A DNA stretch of 63,101 nt, the filler included, from Welwitschia mirabilis (Eukaryota): the NCBI GenBank assembly GCA_051453625.1. It is 7 parts of one record of this genome, joined end to end, with 100 filler letters (N's around TTAATTAATTAA, not from the genome) between each part and the next. Parts side by side here need not be neighbours in the genome. Positions count along the whole stretch, not along the records: positions 52,728 to 60,901 come from JBOZIK010000001.1; positions 61,002 to 63,101 come from JBOZIK010000001.1; 5 more parts are not named here. One strand, 5' to 3'. Each line of letters begins with the position of its first letter. Position 1 is the first letter of the stretch. The translations under genes and the position numbers were made by a program. This document shows, piece after piece, positions 52,728 through 63,101 of this stretch. Below the pieces are notes generated by a model. That model was not told the DNA's origin, ran no database searches, and was given only the letters and a program-made list of their open reading frames with translations.

Positions 52728-55700
52728 TCCAGAGTGAAGAATTTTTATGACAGTCTTTTAGTCATTAAAGTGTCCTTCACAGACTCCACCATGACAAAGT
52801 GTTAGGATTTTTTAAGTCTCTCATTCGGCCCACATTTATGCATAATTTAATCTTTGCAATGCCTATAAAGATGTGGCTCATTCCACTCATAATTACCGAA
52901 CCTATGGAGAAAATTTTTCCATTGAATATAGTTTCAATGCTGAGGAATTTTCATAGTCATAAAATAATTGATGATGTCAACATACCAAGGAGCGGGGTGA
53001 GAGGAAGAGATAGCATATAATTGTTTAATTGCAAAGAGTTATTCATTGGAAAAGGAGTCATTAATTGGAGCTTCATTAGTGGAGTAAGTAAGTCGAGAAA
53101 GATGGTGAACCATGCTATTATGTTTTCCAGCTTTATCAATGATGGTAAGATTAAATTCCTGTATTAATAGAATCCATATAATGAGTCTAGCACTTGAATC
53201 TTTTTTTGTCATGAGATAATGGATGGTGATGTAATCTGTGTAGACATTGATGTGGAAACCAAGAAGATAGTGTCGAAGATGGTCCAAGAAAAAAATTATA
53301 GCAAGCATTTCTCTCTCAGTGGTCATATAGTTGGATTGGATATTTATCAAAGTTTTGTTAAGGTAAGATATAACTTTGAATCCATTCTCATATTTTTGAC
53401 CTAGAACCCCCCCTACAGCAATATTGCTTGCATCACACATAAGTTCAAAGTCTTTGTTCCAATCAGGGCTCATGACAATAGGTGTAGAAGATATTTGTTC
53501 TTTAAGAGTTTTAAAAACCAGCTGGCAAGAATTCGATCATTCGAATTTAACATCTTTTGCAAGTAAAGAATGGAGTAGTTTACAAGTTTTGGCGTAGTCA
53601 TGGATGAAGCGGTGGTAGAAACCATTATGTCCAAGGAAAGATCAAATTTGTTTGACATTTGTTAGAGGGTTAAGGTTTTTAATGATATCTACTTTTATGG
53701 GGTCCATTTTAATCCCTTCCTTTGAAATATGGTGACCTAAAACAATTCCATGTTGAACAAGGAAGAAACTCTTTATCCAACTTAAGTGTAATCCACTTTC
53801 AATACATTTACCAAGGACTTTTTCTAATCTTAACATATTTTTTTTGAAAGTATTGCCAAAGATGGAAAAATTGTCCATAAAGATTTCTATAGAGTCTTTT
53901 ATCATATTAGAAAAGCTTCTCATCATGGCTCTTTGGAAAGTTTTAGGGGCATTGCAAAGTCCAAAAGGCATTTGTTTAAAAGAAAAGGTTTCAAATGGAG
54001 ATGTAAAGGGGGTTTTAGCTTGATCTTCGCTTGCTATGTAAATTTGATTATAGCCACTATACCCATCAAGAAAATAATAGTAAGCGTGACCTTGAATTCT
54101 ATCAAGAACTTGATCAAGAAAAGGCAAAGAGCAATAATCTTTTTTGGTAATCTCATTCAGTCTTCTAAAGTCGATGCAAATTCTCTATTTTCCTCCTTTT
54201 TTTGGTACTATAGTTAAGGGACTGACCCACTCATTGTTATATTTGGCATAAATAATCCTTGCATCCATATTTTAATGATTTCCTCTTTGACAACTTGTTT
54301 AAGGGCTGGATTTAGTTTTCTTTGGGGCTGTCTAATAGGTTTTGCATTATCCTCAAGATAGATTTTATATTGAACTATATAAAGAGGAATGGCATCTAAA
54401 TCTTTATGAGTCTAAGCAAAGGCATTTTTCTTTAACTATAAAAGTGAAGTTAAGTTTGATTTTTATTGAGGAGTAATATTGTCATTGATTATTAGAGGTT
54501 TCGTTTGATTTTCAGACAAAAATATGTATTTAAGACCTTTGGGTAATTTTTTAAGATCATGGGTATTAAGTTGGTCTGTCATCCTGTTTGTTGTGGGGAT
54601 GACATAAAGGGGATGATACTTCTCAAAGAGTTTTTCTATAGAATAAAGATGTTGGGTTTCTTTCTCATCCCCAAAAATTTCTTTCACAGATTCAAAATAA
54701 TTTATTTCAGTTGGTCATCATACAGAGTTGGCTTATGAAGCATAATTAATCTCTCCTCTATTGGTCAATGTTGTAAGAATAAAGTGGGTCTTAAATNNNN
54801 NNNNNNNNNNNNNNNNNNNNNNNNNNNNNNNNNNNNNNNNNNNNNNNNNNNNNNNNNNNNNNNNNNNNNNNNNNNNNNNNNNNNNNNNNNNNNNNNNNNN
54901 NNNNNNNNNNNNNNNNNNNNNNNNNNNNNNNNNNNNNNNNNNNNNNNNNNNNNNNNNNNNNNNNNNNNNNNNNNNNNNNNNNNNNNNNNNNNNNNNNNNN
55001 NNNNNNNNNNNNNNNNNNNNNNNNNNNNNNNNNNNNNNNNNNNNNNNNNNNNNNNNNNNNNNNNNNNNNNNNNNNNNNNNNNNNNNNNNNNNNNNNNNNN
55101 NNNNNNNNNNNNNNNNNNNNNNNNNNNNNNNNNNNNNNNNNNNNNNNNNNNNNNNNNNNNNNNNNNNNNNNNNNNNNNNNNNNNNNNNNNNNNNNNNNNN
55201 NNNNNNNNNNNNNNNNNNNNNNNNNNNNNNNNNNNGAATTTAGAACATTTTTTCATCACTATGTTGGAAAGAGATTAGGCAAGAAAGACTTTATTTGGAA
55301 TGACGCATTTTTGTTTTTGTCTTATTAAGTCCTTCCATAACTTAGAATATTTGGGGTTTTCTTGCAAAAGTTTTCAAAAGGGAAGGTTGATATTGACTTC
55401 TTATATCAAGGCTTTTAAGTATTCGTTAAATGTAGGATTGGTGTTTAATCTGTCAAGCCAAGGAGTTGATGGTCTCTTTCCCTTATCCTCTTTCAAGTTA
55501 TGTTTGATAGGGATTGTGGCTGATGATGTGAAAGGAAGGTTATAAGAATCTAGGATTTCTACATCATCTTCCCTACTTGCTTCATTTTGTTTAAGGGTCT
55601 CAACCTCATGGGTAGGAGGTTTTGTGTCTTTCCCACTTCTTGTTACAATCTTTAAGTCTCTCCTAACTTCGTTTGAGTTAGGAAATGGTTAAGAAATAAG

Positions 55701-57100
55701 AGACCCCTATGGTCTTTGGTTAGCAAGCATGGTTTGTTGAATCACATTCACTAAGTTCTTAATGTTGCTATTGGTCTTTTCTTACAGCTTCCTCATTTCC
55801 TTAATGNNNNNNNNNNNNNNNNNNNNNNNNNNNNNNNNNNNNNNNNNNNNNNNNNNNNNNNNNNNNNNNNNNNNNNNNNNNNNNNNNNNNNNNNNNNNNN
55901 NNNNNNNNNNNNNNNNNNNNNNNNNNNNNNNNNNNNNNNNNNNNNNNNNNNNNNNNNNNNNNNNNNNNNNNNNNNNNNNNNNNNNNNNNNNNNNNNNNNN
56001 NNNNNNNNNNNNNNNNNNNNNNNNNNNNNNNNNNNNNNNNNNNNNNNNNNNNNNNNNNNNNNNNNNNNNNNNNNNNNNNNNNNNNNNNNNNNNNNNNNNN
56101 NNNNNNNNNNNNNNNNNNNNNNNNNNNNNNNNNNNNNNNNNNNNNNNNNNNNNNNNNNNNNNNNNNNNNNNNNNNNNNNNNNNNNNNNNNNNNNNNNNNN
56201 NNNNNNNNNNNNNNNNNNNNNNNNNNNNNNNNNNNNNNNNNNNNNNNNNNNNNNNNNNNNNNNNNNNNNNNNNNNNNNNNNNNNNNNNNNNNNNNNNNNN
56301 NNNNNNNNNNNNNNNNNNNNNNNNNNNNNNNNNNNNNNNNNNNNNNNNNNNNNNNNNNNNNNNNNNNNNNNNNNNNNNNNNNNNNNNNNNNNNNNNNNNN
56401 NNNNNNNNNNNNNNNNNNNNNNNNNNNNNNNNNNNNNNNNNNNNNNNNNNNNNNNNNNNNNNNNNNNNNNNNNNNNNNNNNNNNNNNNNNNNNNNNNNNN
56501 NNNNNNNNNNNNNNNNNNNNNNNNNNNNNNNNNNNNNNNNNNNNNNNNNNNNNNNNNNNNNNNNNNNNNNNNNNNNNNNNNNNNNNNNNNNNNNNNNNNN
56601 NNNNNNNNNNNNNNNNNNNNNNNNNNNNNNNNNNNNNNNNNNNNNNNNNNNNNNNNNNNNNNNNNNNNNNNNNNNNNNNNNNNNNNNNNNNNNNNNNNNN
56701 NNNNNNNNNNNNNNNNNNNNNNNNNNNNNNNNNNNNNNNNNNNNNNNNNAAATTTCTCATTTTATATTAGAAATTAAATATATAAGTGTAATGTTTGCAT
56801 TAAAAGAAGAAGTCCCTAAAATAATTGAAGTATTAGAAGAAGCTACTTGCTTTTGTTTTTGTGATGATTTTGACATATTCGACATTAGAGAAACAATACA
56901 ATCGCCTTCTATACTATATTTTTCTTTTACAAAATTAGATTTTAAAATAATAAAAGCAGAAAAATCTTCTTCTTTAATTCTAGGAATTTGCGTACTTGGA
57001 GTGTGCATACCTAGATCTAATTCAAAGTCAATCAATCCTTCTTTAATATTTTTTTCAATCAGGTTCCATTCTCTCTAATATTTTGTCTTTTTACTAGTAT
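52728..57100 (-). pseudogene. gag-pol of the nested element (RT ~53480-54350, RNase H ~53039-53473, start of integrase)
   Basis: PFLDQVLDRIQGHAYYYFLDGYSGYNQI...MPFGLCNAP...EIFMDNFSIFG (catalytic MDD changed to MDN) and FELMCDASNIAVGGVLGQ...NYMTTEREMLAII. Broken by stops, frameshifts and gaps. Confidence 0.93.
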
Positions 57101-60100
57101 TCACCGTATCCCTACATGCTCAAACAATTGATTAGTGACAATCCTCTTAGCACCTTGCATCCTTCCCCGATAATGACACCAAAATGTTGCAGTGTGAATT
57201 TATGCAATCTTGAAGCTATTTAGGTAAATCTGTAAATCATATAACTTGCAAAAAAACACATGCTAGTATAGATGGGAGTTCACTTAAATGTCATAATCCC
57301 AATGAAGGCACTAGGCTTAGAGTAAGAGAATTGATTTCCAAAGGTATTTTTTGGTTTTTTATCTTTTACTAACTAAAAGTAATTAACAAAGTAAATACNN
57401 NNNNNNNNNNNNNNNNNNNNNNNNNNNNNNNNNNNNNNNNNNNNNNNNNNNNNNNNNNNNNNNNNNNNNNNNNNNNNNNNNNNNNNNNNNNNNNNNNNNN
57501 NNNNNNNNNNNNNNNNNNNNNNNNNNNNNNNNNNNNNNNNNNNNNNNNNNNNNNNNNNNNNNNNNNNNNNNNNNNNNNNNNNNNNNNNNNNNNNNNNNNN
57601 NNNNNNNNNNNNNNNNNNNNNNNNNNNNNNNNNNNNNNNNNNNNNNNNNNNNNNNNNNNNNNNNNNNNNNNNNNNNNNNNNNNNNNNNNNNNNNNNNNNN
57701 NNNNNNNNNNNNNNNNNNNNNNNNNNNNNNNNNNNNNNNNNNNNNNNNNNNNNNNNNNNNNNNNNNNNNNNNNNNNNNNNNNNNNNNNNNNNNNNNNNNN
57801 NNNNNNNNNNNNNNNNNNNNNNNNNNNNNNNNNNNNNNNNNNNNNNNNNNNNNNNNNNNNNNNNNNNNNNNNNNNNNNNNNNNNNNNNNNNNNNNNNNNN
57901 AGCTTCTGTCACAAGTATCAGGTACAAAAGATGGGCTAGAAATAAAGGAGGAAAAGGGTATTTATAGATTTCCAAAAGAGGGATTTAGAGGCAAGCCCTA
58001 AGGTGGGAAGCAGAAACCCTACCAACCCATATGAGTTGTTTGACCCCATTTACAATAGAATTTATTGCTGTAGTATAAAAATAGTTGTCGTCTCTTATGT
58101 CATCCACACGACATGATGGACAATGCCGCCTTACAGCTTGGGCAGTGNNNNNNNNNNNNNNNNNNNNNNNNNNNNNNNNNNNNNNNNNNNNNNNNNNNNN
58201 NNNNNNNNNNNNNNNNNNNNNNNNNNNNNNNNNNNNNNNNNNNNNNNNNNNNNNNNNNNNNNNNNNNNNNNNNNNNNNNNNNNNNNNNNNNNNNNNNNNN
58301 NNNNNNNNNNNNNNNNNNNNNNNNNNNNNNNNNNNNNNNNNNNNNNNNNNNNNNNNNNNNNNNNNNNNNNNNNNNNNGAATAGGCCCAAGAAATTGCTAG
58401 AAATGCTAGATATCATATGTTTCACTGATCATCTTATCATGACTTCATAGCTCTTAGTATTGTATCAAAAACCTATATGAATGTCCTGCAAAGATACTCA
58501 AAATGCACCATCAAATTCCAACAAATTGGCATCACAACAAGGCTCAACTTAGCACTTAAGCAAGTAGTTAAATATGAAATTATTAAACTTATGAATGCTG
58601 AAATCATCTATGCTCTATTCTATAGTGAGTGGATTAGCCCTTTGCTAATAGTTCCAAAAAAGTGTGGAAAATGGAGAATGTCCATTGAATTTAGAAAACT
58701 TAATAAGGTTACTAAAAGGATCATTACCCTTTACCCTTTCTTACTCAAGTGTTGATAGAATTTAAGGTCATGCCTTCTATTGTTTTCTTGATGTGTATAG
58801 TAACTATAATCAAGTTTGCATAGTAAGTGAAGAGATATTGAAAACAACTTTTACCTCTATCTTTGGAACCTTTATTTTTAGACAAATGTCTTTTGAAGTT
58901 TTAATTCCCCTAGGACTTTCCAACAAGTAATGATGAGTATTGTTTCTAATATGATAAAGAATTCTATTAAAATCTTTATGGATGAATTCACCTTTGATGA
59001 AATATTTGAATAAATCATAGAAAGATTAGAGAAAGTATTGGATCGATGTATAATAACTGGCCTACATTAGAGTTAAAAAAAATTCTCCTTACTAATAATA
59101 AACTTTTTTTAGGTCATCACATTTTTAAGGAAGGGATTAAGATGGATCCTATAAAAGTTGGTACCCTTAAAAGCCTTAGCCCTGTAATCAATATCAAATA
59201 AGTTAGATCATTCCTTGGTCATGTTGGTTTCTATTATTATTTTATTCATGATTATACCAAGGCTTATAAACCCTTCACACATTACTTAAAAAGCATGCTA
59301 AATTCAATTTGAAAAATTCATGTCAACGTGTGTTTGATACACTTAAGGGTAAAATTTCTTCTGAACCTATTGTTATAGGTCCATATTGGACTAAAGATTT
59401 TGAACTCATGTGTGATGTAATCAACATTGTTGTGGATGGGGTTTCTAGTTAAAAATATAAAAATGAATTTAAAGTAATATCCTATCTTAGTAGAATTTTA
59501 TTCAAAGCTCAAACCAACTTTCACTTCTAGTAAAAGAGAAATTCTTATCATCATATTTTTCCTTGACCATCTTAGATACTATCTTTTTGGCTTTCACACT
59601 AATATTTGCACAAATCATGCAGCTATATGATTTATTAAGACTAAGAAAAATTCTAGTTCTAGACTTATTAGGTAAATCCTTCTCATGTAAGAATTTAATC
59701 TTACCATTAATAGTAAGGTTGAAAAACATAATAGAATTGTAGATCATCTATCTCGACTTTCTTATGTTCATGATGAACTTCTCATAAATAACTCTTTCCC
59801 AAATAAATAACTATTTGTTATTAAACAACTTTATGCCATCTCTTTTATTCATCTAGCTCTTTGGTATGCTGATATTGTAAATTACCTTATTAGTATAAAA
59901 AAACCTCAGAATTGGAACCATAACCAATGCAAATCATTTTATTCATAGGATTAGTGATCATGAGTGGAATGAACCCTATGTTTATAAAAGAAGGAAATAA
60001 TAAATCATGTGTAAATATGTGCCTAAATAAAAACACTTAAAAATCCTTAACCTTTTTTATGATGAAGTATATGGGAAATACTTCAGTGATTAAAAGACTA

Positions 60101-60828
60101 TAATGAAATTTTTCATTCTAGTTTTTATTAGCCTACCCATTTTGAAGACTTGTTTGACTTTGCTATAATGTGTAACACTTGTCAACATTATGGTAGTCTA
60201 ATACATTTTTCAGATATACTCCTTAAACCTATGGGGGATTAACTTTATATGTCCTATTAAACCACCTTATTATGACAAAAATTACATCCTAGTGACTATT
60301 CATTATGTTATTATGTGAGTTGAAGTTGTTCCTACTACTAAGAATGATTTCCAAACAATTTACAACTTTGTACAAACTCATATCATTCAACATTTTGATT
60401 TTTCTAGAATCATCACTAGTGATTAAATAACTCATTTCATTAATTACCTTTTCTTAAAAACTTCTTTTATCCATTAGCATTGAACATAGAATTGCATGTG
60501 CTTATCGTCCACAAAGTAATGGCCAAACCAAAAATGTGAATAGAGAAATTAAAATATGCTCTAAACACTAGTCTTTATCAATAAGAAAACTTGATTTTTT
60601 AAACTTAATAATGTTCTTTGGGCTTACCAAGCTACTTGATATAACTTTTTAGATTTCTCATCACATGAACTTATGTATGAAAACGTGTGTATCTTGCAAG
60701 CTGATGTTTATTATAACTTCTATCTCTTTACCAATTACCTTAATCTTATAAGCTTGAATGAAACTCTTAAAAATCAATTATCTCAACTTGATTATTTAGA
60801 TGAAAAGTGTACTTGTGCTATACATTAT

Positions 60829-60901
60829 TGTTGCGCCGCCAACTTAAGTGTATTTGATAGTGTATTTTGAGTTGTTTTGCAGATAAACTAACAGATAAAT
60901 G
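60829..60901 (+). mobile_element. First 73 bp of another LTR (family of 35011-38836) inserted in the host integrase
   Basis: tgttgcgccgccaacttaagtgtatttgatag...gttgttttgcagataaactaacagataaatg is a near reverse complement of 38764-38836. Confidence 0.85.
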
Positions 60902-61001
60902 NNNNNNNNNNNNNNNNNNNNNNNNNNNNNNNNNNNNNNNNNNNNTTAATTAATTAANNNNNNNNNNNNNNNNNNNNNNNNNNNNNNNNNNNNNNNNNNN
61001 N
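60902..61001. other. Artificial scaffold-join spacer
   Basis: 44N-TTAATTAATTAA-44N. Confidence 0.97.
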
Positions 61002-62978
61002 GCAGGTTATCTTAAAGTTCTTTTAGTGCCATTGCATTAATGTTCTTACTCTCTTTGATGGCTGTTATTTTTAGTTTGAATCTCTTGGGTAGGGATTTCA
61101 AGACTTTTCTTACCACTTTTCTTTTTTCCATGCATTCTCCAAGGCTCATAATTGAGTTTACAATATTAGTAAGTTTAGCAAAAAAGTCCTTCAATATTTA
61201 TTATTCATACATATTGATATCTTTAAACTATGATATAAGCATCTAGATTTTTACTTGTTTTACAGTTAATGTTTCTTCATGTTCTACTTCGAGAATATCT
61301 TAAGCTTTCTTATTATGGTTATAGTTTACTATGCTTTTGAATTCATCTATACACACTGCACAAAATATGGCATTAAGAGCATGGGCATCTATAGTGGCTT
61401 TTAACATGTTAGTAGCTATCCATTTATTTTAGGATTTGGGAACTAGGATAGTATTGCCATTTACATAAGTTTAGATTAACATAGGCACAGTGTAACCTTT
61501 GTAGATGACTTTCTCTATGTTGGCATCTAAGGATCTAAGAAATATTCTCATCCTAGCTATCTAGTAAGCATAGTTTAATCCATCAAACATAGGTGAGTGA
61601 CTGGTAAAAAAGCATTTAGAAGGATTACTCATTTTAATGTTCTAAGATTAAGATTGGTTAAAATCTAAAAAGACTGAACTTATCTCTAATACCAAATGAT
61701 AGAATCAAGAATCCTAGAGGAAAGAATTAATAGTTTCTTAAAAATTTGATAGATATTTTGAATGAAATCAATCTAAAACATAACTTGCATACAAAGTAAA
61801 CTAATCTAGAAAGTGCACCATATGAGAAAACAATGGAATTAAAGNNNNNNNNNNNNNNNNNNNNNNNNNNNNNNNNNNNNNNNNNNNNNNNNNNNNNNNN
61901 NNNNNNNNNNNNNNNNNNNNNNNNNNNNNNNNNNNNNNNNNNNNGTAGATAAATAATGACTAAAAGCATAAAAATATTGAAAAGATATATGCCGAATTTA
62001 TAGTGGTTCAAAATAGGAAAATAATAGGAGTAAAGAAATAATGACTAAAAGCATAAAAATACTGAAAAGATTTATGTCAAATTTATAGTGGTTTAGAAAA
62101 CCCGCTACTCCACTCTTGATGATTAGCTTATCCTTAAGCTAGATCTCAGATCTTCGTTACTCCACTAGTTATTCCAGGTTCACCTATAACCTTACAAACG
62201 TACTTTTCCAGGCTAAGTATTAACCTTTAGAATAGCCTTTTAAAGGCTTAGTCTCAACCTTTAAAATGAACTTTTCAAGGCTTAGTCTCAACCTTTTATA
62301 AAGCAATGTAGTAATAAAATGATGCCTTAAAATCATAGATATCACTCATTCTAGAATTAGTACATTTGATGAAGCTCTTCTATTCTAGTAGTAAATCTCT
62401 AGATTTGACCTTGAAATGTAAAAAGTATGCCAATAGTAGATCAACTTCGGTCAGATAGAATGATGCTAAGATATAACAATGATAATTATACAAATCCAAT
62501 TATTGATTCTTTAGATCTAATATATTTTACCAAATGAGAATCATTACAAAAAGATTCAAAAAAGATTCTTTTATCATCTATGACTTAGCTATTTATATTG
62601 AAAGGGTTTTAGATTTATTACATTTGAAATGTACCTCCAATGGCTATAAATGGCTAGAAAATAGCTACCTAACGGCTAGATAACAAATAAATAATGTTTA
62701 GAATTTTTTTTTTTTTTTTTTGCTCTGTCTAGTCGACCCCATAAAAATCTAGTTGAATCCATGTGATTCCATGAGTTATAAAGGTCGCCGAAGTGAGAAA
62801 TTAAGTTGTCCTAATTTCTTACATCTCCCTATCCAGTTAATCCCATCTAGATCTGATCAACCCCAATCCAATCACCCGCTTTTCATTTAATTACCTGCTC
62901 TTTGGATAAAATTTCTTTCCTGTTTTCTGCATTTAGTCCGATCGACTCCATCATAAGTCTGATTGACCCTATGATGAT
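61002..62978 (-). mobile_element. Second SIRE-like Ty1/copia, 5' part: LTR (61697 onward), iMet PBS (61683-61694) and gag remnant (61002-61635)
   Basis: PBS tctctaatacca is a decayed reverse complement of TGGTATCAGAG. Gag reads HSPMFDGLNYAY and KVVRKVLKSLPKRFKLKITAIKESKNI. The LTR terminus tgatagaatc...cctagaggaaagaattaatag resembles the reversed SIRE end motif ctattcacccccctctagg. Confidence 0.85.
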
Positions 62979-63101
62979 TGTTGCAGTGTGTATTTGTGCA
63001 ATAGTTCACATTTAAATTCAATCTTGTTAATTATAATTAAGATGCAAAATACAACACGCTAGTATAGACGGAGTGATCCGAATGTCATAATTCCATCGAA
63101 G
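62979..63101 (-). mobile_element. Terminus of an Athila-type LTR (family of 35011) inserted in the copia LTR, running off the window end
   Basis: tgttgcagtgtgtatttgtgcaat...cacgctagtatagacggagtgatccgaatgtc...catcgaag parallels 35011-35135. Confidence 0.85.

Larger units (their letters stand above)
49655..58539 (-). mobile_element. Full-structure Athila-type LTR retrotransposon nested in antisense (3' LTR 49655-51025, 5' LTR 57185-58539)
   Basis: Both LTRs run TGTTGCA...AACA and are highly similar where sequenced. Asp PBS tccccgataatgacacca at 57164-57181 and PPT-type tagccttctacttagcc after 51025. Perfect 5-bp TSD aggct at 49650-49654 and 58540-58544. Confidence 0.95.
46470..60828 (+). mobile_element. 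Host Athila-type Ty3/gypsy internal region (gag-PR at 46840-49654, RT-RH-INT at 58540-60828), split by a nested insertion
   Basis: Gag IFLVTFREKVKLWLKTL and protease KALIDVGSSVNIIP (~48795). The RT start KPIR*PQ*R|LNLALKQVVKYEIIKL...SEWISPLLIVPKK continues across the insert. Also DFELMCD (RNase H) and AYRPQSNGQ (integrase, ~60500). Confidence 0.9.

Noticed and set aside
6790-58450. Long ORFs in the track made mostly of X (e.g. 35210-36283, 51150-52040, 55762-57078, 57373-57975)
   Set aside because: They are open only because they run through N gaps.

Overview
AT-rich, gapped plant nuclear DNA made almost entirely of decayed, nested LTR retrotransposons. Present are Athila-type Ty3/gypsy (tRNA-Asp PBS), a Tat/Retand-type gypsy (tRNA-Asn PBS), a short-LTR chromovirus-like gypsy (tRNA-iMet PBS) and two SIRE-like Ty1/copia elements. 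Two nested insertions still have target-site duplications (35011-38836 and 49655-58539). Six identical 100-bp artificial spacers (44N-TTAATTAATTAA-44N) mark scaffold joins. I see no intact host gene. The most unusual part is a non-TE island at about 10.55-13.7 kb. There, same-strand, disabled fragments resembling unrelated nuclear genes are joined almost end to end: an SLC25A44-like mitochondrial carrier, the N-terminus of chloroplast IF2, plastid/mitochondrial monodehydroascorbate reductase and possibly an alpha/beta hydrolase, followed by an A23 tract. All protein assignments come from my own recognition of motifs, not from database searches.
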